64,000 nucleotides of DNA from Raillietiella orientalis. Lineage: Eukaryota. Shown here one piece after another: positions 34,082 to 47,540 of this stretch. Made by a program: the position numbers and the translations under genes. Each line of letters starts with the position of its first letter. The first letter of the stretch is position 1. The stretch covers positions 248,001-312,000 of the forward strand of contig JAYWIR010000010.1 of assembly GCA_036172245.1 (NCBI GenBank). The letters are read 5' to 3'. The notes beneath the pieces were generated by a model. It had not been told where the DNA came from. It saw nothing but the letters and a program-made list of their open reading frames with translations, and ran no database searches.

Positions 34082-35487
34082 GGACGCGCGCCCGAAACGA
34101 AGTCACTCACTCTGCCTTAGGGGAAGAACGGCAGGGAGCGCGTCCCCTTCCCGTGCTCCGCCACTTCGTCGCTCTGCGGATGCCCACAAGATGCCTCTGC
34201 TCTCTTATATATACATATATATATATATATGTATATGTATATATGTAAAGAAAAAAAAAGAGCAACTGCACTTACGGGGAACGCAGATTTTGATTGCCTT
34301 GGTGTCTCCTAAACCGAGTGGAGCCACTCCGTTGGTTCCAAGGAACGGGGGCAGGCAGCTGCCACCTCCGCAGCCGCTGCTCCGAAACCGGAAGGCGTCT
34401 GAGAGAAGACTTTTCCGGATAGTCTCTCGGAAACGCGGCGTCTTCTCGTGAACGAGGGAGGTGGGATACAGTCCCTCTCCTCCCTGCCGTCAGCTCTGCT
34501 CCCTCTCCCCTCGTGCAAATGACTCTGTTGACGAGATCCCCTTCGAGATGTCTTTGTCCCCTTCGCCCAGAGAGGCCCGGGAGAGAAGTCTCGGGACGAG
34601 TCCTCGCAGGGTACGGGGGCGTCAGAGGAGAGGGCAAGAAGAGGGAGCGGAGCCAAGGAGGGCCAAGAAGCCTCGCAGTTCCCCTTCGTCTCGCGCGCGC
34701 TGCCGGATGGTTGGCCGGCACCCGGCTCCAGAGGCGACGCAAGGACGGAGCCGGCACCCGACGCGCTCGAGGAATGCAGCATCAGCAGCAGCCAGGAATC
34801 CTTTCCACAGTGACCCCTCCTCCCGCGACCTTCACGGCTCCCTCCCGCTATCCCTTGGAGTGCTGTGCCTTAGACTCCGTGGGGACGCTGCTCCTCCTGG
34901 GAGAGGGAGGGGAGGTGGAAAAGGAAAAGCCGCGACGTCTGGATGACGTCGCAGCCGCGATTTCCGCGGAGTTCATCAGTCCTGTCATCCCTCGACGTAT
35001 CCTCCAGCTCCTGGATTCTTCCCGAGATGACGGAAGTTGCGTGGAGGACACGACCCCCTTGCAGGCTGCCCCGCGCGCTTTTAGCCGGACCTCCCGGCGG
35101 GCAAAAGCGAAAAGGCCAAGGACACTCAGCTCTCAGCTTGTTGGTGTGCGTGTGGAGGCCCCAGGGGAGGTGGATGGAATCTTCCCGGCTCCCGGAAAAG
35201 AGATGGCCCTATTCCTCTGGGAAAGGAACGGCGATCCTGGAACATCTCCCGGACCGGAGTCGATCGCCCCGCGACAGCGATCTCCGGTCCGAGGAGGGCG
35301 ACGTGCCTGTCTGCCTCCCGGAGTCCGGGTTTTGCACGGGATACGGAGGGAAGTGGGAGAAGCGAGTCCGGGGAACGCGTGCCGTCCGGAACGAAGTCAC
35401 TCCGCCTTAGGGAAAGAACTGCAGAGCTTGCGCGCCCCCTCCCGTGCGCCGCCACCTCGTCACTCTGCGGATACCCGCGAGATGCCG
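34082..35487 (+). repeat. Diverged ~115-bp direct repeat pair (34082-34196 and 35373-35487)
   Basis: cgaaacgaagtcactcactctgccttaggggaagaacggcag...ctctgcggatgcccacaagatgcc versus cggaacgaagtcactccgccttagggaaagaactgcag...ctctgcggatacccgcgagatgcc. Confidence 0.85.
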
Positions 35488-38450
35488 CCGCCTCATGCCG
35501 AAACGCGCGCAACCTCCCCTCCTCCTCTCCCTCCCTGGCTTTCGCGATATGCCATCACGTGACCTCGGAGAAGATTCCTCTACGGTCATCGATCCGATTT
35601 GCCTACGCTCCTCCGGAAACACAGGGGAAGGGGGGTGCGCTAATGATCCTGTTTTGAAAAATGACGGGAGGGCCATCAGAGGGGAAGGCGATGGCGATTT
35701 ATGGGGCTCGGCGCAGCGGCTCCACGGCCACGGCGGCAAGCAGAGGGAACCCTGGGATGTCTCTGGGACGGACCGTCGGAAGCGACGGCGGCGACTCAGC
35801 ATGTGATCTGGCCAGTGCCACAGGAGGAGGATCGCTCGACGGCGCCTGGTCGCCTCCTTCCAGGCGGCTTCCCGTGTCCAGGACAAAGGTCTCTCCTCTC
35901 CTCTTTCGGAGAGCTCGACTTCTGGACCACCTTCCTGTTTCCGAGCACTCCCCAAGTCCTTCCGGGAACGCATCGGGGGTCTCGATGCAGAGACACTCCT
36001 GCGCCCCACCGGACGCAGCCAAGGAAATGCGGCCTTCGTCCGTGCTGAGGTTTCGCCTCCCCCGCCGACCTCGCCGCCTACGTTCCACCGAGGAGGAGCG
36101 CCCACTCTCCCCGAGCAGATTGGAGATCGCACCAGCTGACAATCTCATGAGGTCTGTGGGAAAGCTCTCACTCCAGCCTCCCCGGACCACTTGCCAGGAA
36201 GGCTACCCGCGGAAGCGACAGGGACGGGACGGAGCCGTGAAAGATACCTCTCCCGGAAACCGGGGAAACCGGGGTTTGGCCACCAGTGCCCTCGGGCGAG
36301 GCAAGGGATTACGTAATGGAGCGGCGCGAGTGGCGGCAGCACGGGTCCCGGGGATGCTTGGAGAGAGGCCTGGATGGGAGCTGCGAGGTCGCCCCAGCCT
36401 GCCAGCCTCGCTCTACTGCAGCCACGACCTATGGCTGCAGAAAACAGAGGCAACCCTCCTCCTCTTCCCCTGCGTTGCCCGGTAACCGCCCCCGTCGCGC
36501 GCCCCTCTGTCAAAGCTCTATCCCTACCCTTCTCTCTCGTCCCTGGAACTGCTCGCTCGCTCTTCCTGGGTTTTGGGTCTCCCCACCCACCCCTCCTGTC
36601 TGCAGTCGCCGCACCTGCATGGAGACGAGGTTCTGCCGCTGAGGTCGCTGAGCGCTGTCCATCACAGAAGTTCCGGAACCTCTTCCACCCCATGGCCAAA
36701 GGAGGAGGGAGTGTCGCGAGACCCTTGTTTCCCTTCCCTAGTGGCGCCTGCGTCCCTTCGGATTCGATGGCTCGTCCCAAGGGATTGCGGTGGGGAAGTT
36801 CCGCGAGGACGTGTCCTGGAGCTTTCCTTTCCCCTGTGGCGTTTTCTCCTCGCCTCCCCGAGGTCATGGAGAGTGACATCTGGAGGTTGGGGTACGAAGG
36901 GCCTGAACGGAGGGAGGGAGCTGCGGCTGGCGGGGCCTCTCCGCAGATGGCGTTGCCGGCAACCACAGTCGGCCGCCAGTAGGAGAGAGCAGCCAGACTG
37001 CCACACGCATCCCGCCGCGAGGCGACTACTACGGGCGGCGAGGTTGCGCGCCTCCCCGGGTTTCCCCGAAGGCGCACCTCGCAAGGAGGGGCGGACGCTC
37101 GCTCTCGTCGTTTCCTCCTCCGCGATCCCTGGAGGATGATGCGTCCAGGACAGAAGAAGCGCTCCACGTCGCTCGGCCCAGAAAGGGGGTCAAGAGAGCC
37201 CGGGGCATCAGGGAGGGTGAGAGGAGGTTAGGAAAGGAGCTGCGAGGAGGAGCCTCCCTGTCCTGTCCTGCGCTCTGCTCTGGTCGAGAGGGGGTGAGGA
37301 GGAGTCTAGAGATGGACCATACCGACGAGAAACTCCTGTCCTAGGATCAGACAGCTCTCTAGGGAGGTCCGCCCACGGGAAGCGGAGGAAGGATCGCTAG
37401 AGCCAATCAAGATGCCTCCTCTTCTTCCTCCTCCTGAAGAAACCACCTTGGGGAGGATCGAGCAACACGGTGGGGGGCGACTGGATCCCCCTCCTCCTTG
37501 TTCACGTAGGAGGGGGGGGGGAAGAGACTCTTTCTCACCAGAGAGAGTCTCGCTCCCATGTCAGTGAGACAGCAAGAGACGCGTCCGCTGTGGCGCACAG
37601 TCTTCCTTGCAGGAGACGGGGGAAGGGGCGGCACGGAAATGCGGACTTCTTGGAGACCAGTTTGGAAGGACGGTTCGGAAACGAGCCGGTCCCCTTGGAG
37701 ACGAGCCGCGTCGGAGCGGCGCGGAGTTTCCCCCGTCCTTCCTTCCCCTGTACGGGAAGGGGCCAATGGTCGCTGCTGCAAGCACCCCTTCGCCCCACCC
37801 CCCCGTGTGGAGCTTCTCTCGGGCTGGTCTTGCTCCAGAGGAAGCGGAGATGCGAGCCCCTCTGAGGGCAGGTGGTTCCTCTTGCTTTTCCGGCACGCAG
37901 GAGTAGCGGGTGTGCGCGCGCAGCAGCGGCAGAGAAGGCGGGAGGGCTTCGTCGTCCCCTTCGGGGGGGAGGGGACACCCGAAAGCCGAGGAAGAGAAGC
38001 ACGCGAGGGCCGGGCTGTGGAGCCGCGCGGGAGCGAGGAGTACCGCCGATCCCTCCGGGTAGCAGGAGCAGGCGGCGGCGGAAGGTACCGCCGCCGCGCA
38101 GCGTTCCCGGGATTCGCACGGGAGATCCCTCCCGCGGACGAGCGTCCACTCGCGTGCTCCCGTGAAGCCCTTGAGGCGGCGGCCCTCCTCGCTGGGCCAC
38201 GACCCGGAGAAGGAGGAAGGAAGAAGGAGGTCCCTCCCCGGGGTCCCCCGTGTCCCCGAAGCTTCTCGTGCCCCCGTTCCAGGGGACGTGCGGACGCCCG
38301 GGTAAGAAAGAGAACCTTCCTTGTGCGCTTATTGCGGGGGTCTTCGCCGCGTTTCCCGGAGAAACCGCGGAGGCGACGGCCCCGGTTCTCCTCCAGGAGG
38401 GCCCGCGGACCCTCTGCATCCATGCCCTTTGCGATTCTGGAGCAGGGATG
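35450..38450 (-). mobile_element. Heavily decayed APE-type LINE ORF2 (endonuclease + RT); GC-rich 38450-39800 may be its ORF1/5' region
   Basis: Ordered remnants: RGGTSFF (~38230), YLPP, SSDHWPL (~37770), RKAPG (~36820), DPKPRK (~36575), PGFRER (~36255), SESF (KAF), TSQGS (~35750), A*ANRIDD (~35590-35607). Confidence 0.5.
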
Positions 38451-40399
38451 GGCAGGGTAAGAAGAGGGTCCGCAGAGCTACGGAGAGTCCTTGGCGGCAG
38501 GGGAAGGAAGCAGCAGCCCTCCCCTCCCTCGGAGAACTTGGATCATCTGTCGAGGACTCCGCCGGCGTCCTCAGGGATATCGGGAGGCGGAGAGATGGGA
38601 CGGGCCCCCGTCCCCTAGCGGGCGTCTTTGTCCTCGACCTCGAGTCCCCCTGTTGGCGGAATGGGGCATCCCTGGGCCTCTCGGCAAGTACCGAGACGTG
38701 ACCCCATTCCAGATCCCCCGTTCCCTCCCCCATCTTCCGGGATGATGCGCGGCGGTTCTCCAAGAGGGAAAGGGGGGGTCCTCCTCGACTTGCAACGTCG
38801 TCGAGGGGCAGGAAATTCCGACGCGCGCACTGGCTGACGCATCGCCGAGGAGACCCTTCCAGGGCGACGGAGGGCGATAGGGCAGGAAGGGGCGTCGGTC
38901 TCCTCGTCCTCCTAGTCTGGAGTCTCGGAACGCAGGAGACTGCCGCGGAAATAGTCCTGGAGCGAGCGGAATTCCTCTCCAGTGGTCTCTGTTCTCCTGT
39001 GCTTCCTCCCTTAAGCGCCGACGGCAGCAGCGGCCCTATGCCCGTCCCACCCACCAGGAGGCGGGAGGGCGGTATTTCGCAGGGTGAGCGGTTCCTCGTC
39101 CCCTAGATGCCAACGTCCCCCCGTCTTCGCGACCTGCGCCCCCTGCTCCGGTGGCAGCGGCTGCTTTTCCTGGTCGGCGCTCACCCTCACCCGAGTGGTG
39201 GAGCTGCCGAACTCGAAGGAGCCGCAGCCGAGCGCGACGTCTTTCGGGTGGGGACTCCCGGCTACCCTCATCCCGGACCTTCCGCCCACTGCTGCCGCCG
39301 CCTCTCCTCCGGGAAGCGCCCACTTCCGAGGAAGTCCCGGAGGAGAGCGGCGGTTCCGTCCGCCTCTTCGCATCTTCCAACGTCTTCATCCGTGCTCCGG
39401 GAAGACGAGGCGGGATGCTGTGCGTCTTTCGCCCTAGGAGGCACGGTGGATGCGGAGGCGAGCCAACAACCCCTGCTGCTGGGATTCCGTGTCTCTGCTC
39501 TCGGTTCACCCGGGGTTGACTTCCTGGGATCCTGGGATGCGGCGGTTCTCCGTTCTCTCCTTAGAGATCCGAGAGGAGGCGGGTGCTCAGGGATCGAGGA
39601 GGTGCCGGGGACCTTCGCCCTTTCCGTCTTTTTTCCGCCCTCCTCTTGGGCTGAGGTTTCCCTGCGTCCCGTGATCCATACTTTCCGAGATCGTTGGTTC
39701 CAAGAGGGCTCAGAGACGCGCTCTTGCGGGACGGTCCACGTGGGTGGGATGGAGATGAGCTTAGAGGGCTAAGCTGCTGCCACCGCAGCGTGGAAGCCAC
39801 CCCTCAGCCCTGGCGCTTGAGCTGCGCAACCGAACCGGCGCAGCACGGATGACGACGGCGATGCGCGGAGAGCCTTCATCTTTTTTCCCGGAATCTCCCC
39901 GTCGGTGCCGCTGGATCCTTAGGAGCTAAAGGGCGGAGGAGACCAAGGAGGTTCTGGGAACGAAAACGTGGGAGGGAGAGAGAGAGAGAGAGAGGCGGGG
40001 GGGAGGAGAGCTGGAGGAGCATGCAGGGTGCATCTTGTCACGGGTGAGGACTCTGTTTGTAGGGGGAAGGATGGCGGGAAGAGACTGTTTGGATCGCAGG
40101 TAATCCAGGCTCCCCGCGCAACGCAGCTCACGCCAGCGCTTACGCACCTCTCTGCCTCCTCTTCTCCAGACGCCAAACGTGTCGGTCCATTCCGCAACGT
40201 GGCCCTCCCTGCAGTAGCGGAATTCACTTCCGGATGAAACGAACTTTGCCATTTTCTCTCATTTCGTTTATGTACATGGAATTGCATGAATACTGAATTC
40301 ATTTCACACGCGACCGAATGCTCGCGACAGCTGACATAAATGCCGATCATCAACAAGGAATCAATCATTATTTGAATAAAAAAGTAGCTGCATTACACC

Positions 40400-41900
40400 T
40401 GGCACAGAGTAAAGCGTTTGTGGCAGCATCCCTGGGAGAGGGTTAGAGATGTGCCTTCCTTCTATCGATTCGTCGATGCATCCGGAGATGCAAGTGGAAT
40501 CGGAGAGGAGGCACCGAGTGAGCTGCGGGCCCTTTCCCATTGCTGGAAGGGTGGGGGTGAGAGGGGGGACACGGCTGCCGGTCGCTCCGTGCACGCTCTG
40601 TGAACACCATGGCAACGCATCTTTGACTCGGGCACCCAGAAGTTCTGCCGGTATCTCCCGGTGCAAAGAAATAGGAAAGGGGAAAACGGGAAAAACGCGA
40701 ATTCCGAGCTTCCAAGCCCTTGGAAACGAACCCTCTGATTCCGAGGTTCTTTGCAACATATTCGCCTTGTGGGGGAGGATTGCTCGCTCCTCTGGTCACT
40801 TGCTCAGCTCTCTTCTTCCGGAATATTTCCTCCTCGTTCGACAAATCCAAGGAGCCATCCGCAGCTGAACGTAGTTGGTTGGTTCCGCAAGGTCGCGTAA
40901 ACTCTTCCGAAAGGTGATAGGCGATTAATTTGGTACTCGATGGGAATCTCTTGAAACCCTACATCCCCATCACGCTTACGCCCCAAAAGCCGGTGCACAG
41001 AGACATCATTTTGTCCAAAAATTGCGGTTCTTCAAGAGGGAGTTCCTCAAACTGTCGATGGCAGGGGAAAGTTAGAGAAAAGCTCCTCGCTGCGTATAAA
41101 TCCCTCCGAATATCACGGAATCCACGAACCACTGCCTCGCCGTGGCGCCGCATTCGTTTCCGGGATGGGGAAGCAGTCAGGTGGTGTCAACTTTGTATCT
41201 CTGTGGAAAGTGGATCCCTGACTGCATGGTTTCAAGAATTCGTCACGTGCCATCGTCCGAGTTGGAGGTCAAGGGGGTTGCGCCTAATAGGGGGCACACA
41301 ACGGTTGCAAGAGAGCCGCGACCGGGCTGTTCTCGGCTCCTGTTCTTCGGGTTTTCCCCAGTCCGACCAGCGGCGGGGCGGATTTAGAGAACAAACAAAA
41401 GGCACTTTCACTTGTTCGGTCCGTTGTTCGGTCGGTCTGCTTCGTGTCTTCGCGGCCCTCGCGGGCAAGCCACTGTACCGTCCTGGCCGCGCACTGCAGT
41501 ACCCTTAGGCAGTGCTGGAGGGTCCAAGATGGTACCTCCTTGCACGCACGAATGGCGATTTCCTTCTTCAAGAGTCCTTGCAGGCTGTCCCGGGCGTTGC
41601 ACGTGCGGCCCCTCGTCAGCTTCGTCCTGCTGATGAGGATGCCCCTCAGGAAGGAAGGGGATGATCACCCACACGGTGGGGTTGTAGAGGGGGGCGCGCC
41701 GTCTTCGCTCTCCAGCAGTACACGGAGGATGTCCAGCTTCGAGGCGTTGTCCAAACCGATGGCTCTCCGTACACTTTCCAGTCGCGGATAAGGGTGCGGC
41801 AGGTGTGCACGTGCAAGTCGTTTCGGTCGATCAGCAAGCCGGACACTGGTCGTCGCCGTGGTTGCCGGTCCAGCCGTCGGAGTCTCGTCCTGCACAGGAT
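40400..41900 (-). mobile_element. Heavily decayed and internally deleted Ty3/Gypsy-like gag-pol remnant
   Basis: RLESVRRAIGLDNASKLDILRVLL (gag-like, ~41720-41785), TPPDCFPIP (~41160-41187), SLCTGFWGV, SPFG..LRNQPTTF (~40865-40918), PLSYF..QRCVAMVF..SDRQP (RNase H-like), QLTRCLL, in the expected order. Confidence 0.5.
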
Positions 41901-42549
41901 GCCTCCGTCATAAAGCATCAGGAGGCAATCCCGAACGTCCGGCGGCTCCGGAGAGGACTACCAGAGCACCGTCCTGGGGCTCCCGATCACCGGCTCCCGT
42001 TCTTCGGGTTTCCGGTCTCGTGGGCAGGTACGCGGCGAGGTCTCCGTAGAAGCAACGGCGAAAGTGAAGTGGGGGCTGGCAGGAGAGTTTCAGCTCGGAT
42101 CGAGATTTTTGCGGTTGTCTCGACCATTCCTTTCTTCTTCTTCCTTCCTTTCTTTCTTTCATAATGGGAAAGCTACTTGGAATTCCGAATCCCGAAAGAA
42201 AATCAGCATCAAATGGGAACGAGGAATAGGGCGCTGTTTGGTAAACCACGCTCTGAATCCTCAGAGAAGGGGCTGTCCTTCTTTTTTGATGCAGTAAAAA
42301 AAATTGCTTGTCAGTTTGAAACTTCTTTGAAAATCAATCGTCAATCGTTCTCTCCAAGAATCCAACACCAAATTAAAGATACGTTTTTGTTGCTTTTTTT
42401 TTAGAAAAAAAAAAAAAAGTTTTCCTTTTCAACCGCATTTCAAGATTTGCCACATCGATAGAGTGATATTTGATAAATGATTGAAATCTTCAGATGGCCT
42501 CCTCTGTGAATACCTATGTTATTTTTATGGACTCTAAAAATTTATGTTG

Positions 42550-45500
42550 TGTGAAAACTGAAGACTTAAGATTTGCAGGATCTTTTACGAGAAAGGAGTC
42601 AGTTTGAGCTTTCCTTTTATTCAACGTTCTGCAAGAGATTTCGTGAAATGTGGAATTTTTGAACATCATCCAGATTCTTCGGATGACTGGAAATAGCTTT
42701 TAGTGCTTTCCAGCTAAATGCAATGAAATTGCGAAACTCGGGGGCAAATGGACTCGATTCCTGGTGGGAGAAGAAGTTCACTTTCGTTCGGTCTGCTTCC
42801 GCTTCGACGTCGGGGATGAAGGCGTCCAAGACACCACCACAGCCCACGATGGGTTGTCTGCAGGCATTTTGAAGCGTGGGCCTTGCGGGGGGGAGGCGAA
42901 AGCGTTGGTGCCGCCAAGGAGCGGAAAATAATTCCTCGGACCACCGGATGAAGGAGAGGGAGAAGTTCCTGGAACACGTTCCTGCGCCATTCGGAGGCAG
43001 GCCCTGAGCGTCTCGAAAGTTCCTTACGCAGAAAAGGCCCAGTAGTAAAACGGCCTCGTTTTCGAAATACCACTCGGCAGCATATGCAGGCGCTTTGCGA
43101 GTGCCTCCCTATTAGCCCCCCCTCTTCCCCCCCGCCTTCCGGATAGATCATGTCATCGAGTTGTTCCTGGTGCCCCTGATGCCCTGATGCGCGCTTCCAC
43201 GAGTCTGCAGGTACCGAAGTGGTCCCCGAGCTCCTCCATGCCTTGATGCCAGGAGCACGTCCTGGAATGTATCGAGCTTCCGAAAAATACCTGCTGGCTC
43301 CCACCTGCAGATCACGAGAGTAGGAAGACCCTGCGATCATGAATTGCGATGATGAAGTGAAAAAAAGGGGTGGACGGAAGAACGCGGGACAGATCTGACT
43401 GCCTCTGTCGGAAAGGATTTGTTGGCCGTCTCTCTGATCTCGTTTCATCACGAATTTAATACCTTAGAGTCTCTATTCTATTCTGGAAAATGAGGCATGC
43501 GGGTCAATTTCAGCAAATACAGCATGGCGGATAAATTCAATGAATCGTGAAAGGGAGCTGTCCGATCTTTCCGTAGTTTCTGCATGAGCATCCTTTTTTT
43601 TTTCTTTTCGGTATATTTATATGTTTGTTTTGTTTCAAGTTCAAGATATTCCCAAGATTGTATTTGGAACCGTTCCAATTTCTTTACTCTAGATATATGT
43701 GTACATAACAAATGTCTTCGATAATGGTATATTATGACAATTTTCCGTAAAGTTATATAAAAACACCATTTGACAAATGTCGTTGTGAAAAAAATTTGCT
43801 TCGTCAGAATGACGTTTGGACAACACGAAAACGGAATGCTCGACCACCGACGATTGCAGGCACTCGGGCTGGGCTCGTGGGTTCTGCAAATGCATTTCAC
43901 TCAACAGCATCGTTTCCTTTGGAACCCTTCGGAGACTGGTAACCCTGATTTCAAAATGGTGACGCGAAAACTCGAAAATTAAAATTACCACGCTTTCCCA
44001 GATGGTGCAGCAGTTTTGTCGAATTACCGAACTTCGTTCTTTATTTATCCAGGCCGGGAAGAAGACTTACTTTTCTTTTTTTTTTCTAATGGCTCCAATG
44101 ATATTTGTTCGATCTTACCATGCATTCTGAATGTACGTGAATCAGGAAGGTCTCATGCGAAAAACGGAGGATAAATGATAAGAAACGGTTGCAGATGCTC
44201 CTTGTACGAGTCACCAGGGGTAGACGGTGTGAAAGCTGCATTTAGTGATGCCAGTCCCCTGGGGGGAAATGTACATATGTACACGTCTACGTATACGTAA
44301 AAAGCGCGCGTGACTCCCGAATTGGCTCTCCTGGAGCGCTTTCCTCAAATCTCTGTCACAATTTTGTACTTTTCTGGAGTTTAAGAAAGGAAGACGTCGG
44401 AGCCAACCGAGGACCTCTGTTTCAAAGTGTTTTCTAGGAACTTTGTTTTCTAGGAATCGAGCAAGAGTGATGGATTCCACACCTCGGGGAGCGCTATAAA
44501 AATTCCTGAATCGCAGGATGCCTGACAAACCAGAGAACAGCAAGTACGTTGACAGTTCATTCTTCGACCCCCTTCTTCTTCTCCCTTTTTCTTTTCGCAC
44601 ACCTCGAACGGGCATCAGTGACTTTCCACGGTGTCATCGATAGAAATTCGCAGCATAGTATTCGCTCGTACTCGATCGGAGGTCCATTCGAAACCAGGGA
44701 GAGAAAAAAAAGAAAAACATCTAGAAGTACGATCTGATTGAACTTTGGAGTTTCGTAAAAAAAAAAAAACAAAAACAAAAACAAAAACAAAGAACAAAAT
44801 CGGCTTTCGAAAAGCCCAAGTCTGCCTGAGAACGAACGAAGCTGGGATCTCCTTAATCCACAAAACAAATCGATCCTTTCTCTGGTTTCCGTGCTGCGCG
44901 CTCTCAGCATTGAAAAAAAAAATCCTGCTCCTCGAGCGATCTCCCGAAAGTTCCCTCTCCAGCTTCCTGATCTGCATCGCGCACTTTGGAGCTGCGTGAA
45001 GGAACGAACTTCCGCGGAGCGAACCTTCCGCCCCTGTAGGGCCTTTCGACGGCCCGGGCGAGGCGCCGGAACGGAGCGGCAATGGGGGGCATCTCGATGT
45101 CCGCTCGCAATCTTTGACCGGAACGAGGACGGAACACCCGCAGCACCGAGAGGGGAGGGGTGACAGGATAATTCTCCCTCTCTTGAATAAGCAATTGATT
45201 TTGCCGATTCGCAAGGATTCCGGAATGCACCGCTGGCGAAAGAATGGGCGTCCCGTAATCCCCGACGGGAACGGTCGGTGCTGCGATGGCTCGGCGGCGT
45301 TTTCCGCGAGCACACGCAACCCACGCCGCTTGCGGAGGTTCCGTGGAAGACGACACTCCGAATGAGTGAAGTCTCCTCAAACGTGTTCGGAATGACGTAG
45401 GTGGCTCTTCCTTCCCTGGCGCCCTCCAGAACTGTCCCGTTTTCGGAACACACGCTGTATCCACAAGGAAACTACACTTTCTCGTTCCCTTTTTTGCAGT

Positions 45501-47540
45501 GCCTGTGTGTGTGTGTGTGTTTGCACTCTTCCGTTTATGAGCATATGGATGTTCCGAGCGGACGCTCTTTCGGCCTTTCCATTCTCCCCTTGCGATGTCT
45601 TCGGTTGGTTTCGGTTTGATCCCGTTTTCTCCTTTGCTCTTCGTGCATGATGTTTCCGTGCACAGTGTGTGCTCGTCTGTGCGGCAGGATGCCTCTGAAA
45701 CTCTTGAATTCTCCCGCGGGCGATTTTCAGGGGCCTGCGTTTTGCCGAGAGCGCGGTGCGTCCACCAAACTCCATTCCCATCTTCCCTGCGTCTTTGCCC
45801 GTCGCGCACCGCCGAACTGCCGTTCCCCCTGGCAATGATAATTTCATCATTATGGGGTACAGATGCAGGGTGAAGATGAAGACGTTCCCAATGTGCGGCC
45901 AACACAGGAACAGCTTCTGACGGGAAACCTGCAGGCATTTCCTATTGCCATGAGCTCGGGACTCGTGTCTTCTCCTTCTTCCTCATGAACAGATCTCCGG
46001 AATTCTAAAGCAATCTGCAGATTCCTATTTTTCCGTGCAAATTTGAATTTTCACTCTGGATCGATCTCGTGAATTGCGGAGTTCCTGTTACACGGGGAGT
46101 GTTTCCTCGCTGGAGGTTCGCACGTTGCAGAATTACAGTTATTCTGTTTGCTAATCGGTGGTGCCTTTCGTGGGCTGCCCACCCATCGCGCTTGCCCCGT
46201 GGTGGGGGCCTCTCTTGCTTATGCCTGCATGCGCTGCCATCTCTGGATTTGAAAACGCCATTCCGCGCTCCTTCCCGCTTTTTCATTTTTTGGCTTCTGG
46301 CTGCAGCCACACCCTCTTCCTTCCCACTCCACGAACTCTCCTTAATTGTTCCGGCTGTTTTTCTTTGCACCTGCACGCGCGCTCTCCAGCAAGCTGGCTT
46401 CTGGCACCCGAATTCCTCGGCCGTTCATTTTCTCATGCTCGTCTCTAAAAACAAGAACGCTCTTCCAGCATTAAGAGAGGCTGCGTCTTTGGATTTTGGC
46501 TTCTGCGTGGCAGCCTCCCTCCGGCTCGCACCTTCAGTGCCCACGGAATCGTGCGAGAAGTGACAGCTGACTCCTAAGTCCACGATTTCCTCTTTTCACG
46601 AAGAGCGTCGTGCTTCGCCAAGCTCCCGCACCGTTTGCTGTCTTCATGCGAGGCGGGGAAAAGCAAATAGAAAACCGATGCAAAAGATGGAAACAAGGGG
46701 GGAGGAGGGGTGAGAAGGGAGGGGGGAAGGGACCATGAAAACGTACTGGCCTTTCCGTGACCCTTGTTGGGCGCGTGCGATTCTGCGAAGCCGTATCCAG
46801 GGTTACGAGTGGCTCTGTGAGCGCAAGCTCGTGTGTTCTTTGCGTCGAATTTCGGTAATTTTTTATTCATTTGGTGGCTTCCGTACGTTGAAAGCACGTA
46901 GGGAGTTTTAAAAATACAACAGCAAATAAAGTCTCGGCTCTATTTGCTTTTAAATCCTTACGTGTGTCTCCGAGGACGCGAGGATGCAAATCAGCTGAAG
47001 ACCGCAGCAAAAACATTACGTGAGTATGGAAACCCACTGTTTATATAAATGGCTCGAGATTCTCAGCTGGTCTCCTGTTTGAGCAAAATGAAGAGAAATG
47101 ATGCATGGGGTTGGGGGGGGATGCGATCGGTCGCAATGTAGATATCCGTCCGGATAAATGGCTGAGCTGCAAGCGATCACACCCACGCGGCCTTTTCTCG
47201 AGAGGACATTCCGATCTGTTCGCGGGTGATTCCGGAATCTCTTGTCGTCGAAATTCGGCACGCTAGGAGCTTCCTCGAATTTCCGGAGAGACTCCTGAAA
47301 GGCTGTGGCAGGGAAGAGGAGGACCTCTTCCTCCCTTCTCCCTCCCCAACCCCACCCACTCATCCGAGGGCGATTCTGGAAGAGTCTCAGCCCTACTTGG
47401 TGAGGGAGCGGAAGGATGACCGTTGGCTCATCGTCGTCCAGCACTCTCCGCGAGAGACACGTCACCCCTGCACGTTTCACAGGAACGGCGGTCGACGGAA
47501 GGGACGTCAGAAGCTCGGAAAGAGTCAGCAAGAGGCTAAG
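42550..47540 (-). pseudogene. Endogenous viral element, ~5 kb rhabdo-like L gene (motif F through methyltransferase), decayed
   Basis: RVLDDDEPTVIL..LRLF (~47440, cf. VSV KGLDDDDLIIGL..GRFF), NFDDKRFRNHPR (~47255-47220, cf. NHIDYEKWNNHQR), LYKQWVSIL (motif B), VLGDT (~46965, motif C), STYG, KDAASLN (~46480), ARNGVFK, QFTRSI, WERLHLHPASVPHNDE (~45890-45845), SHRSTDRS (~45275, HR motif), RSSGTTS, PEGGG (~43135), LDAFIPDVE (~42825) with K 34 aa later. Confidence 0.8.

Noticed and set aside
34272..39800. Many 200-350 aa ORFs on both strands
   Set aside because: Arg/Pro/Gly-rich products expected from very high GC; only scattered LINE motifs are meaningful.
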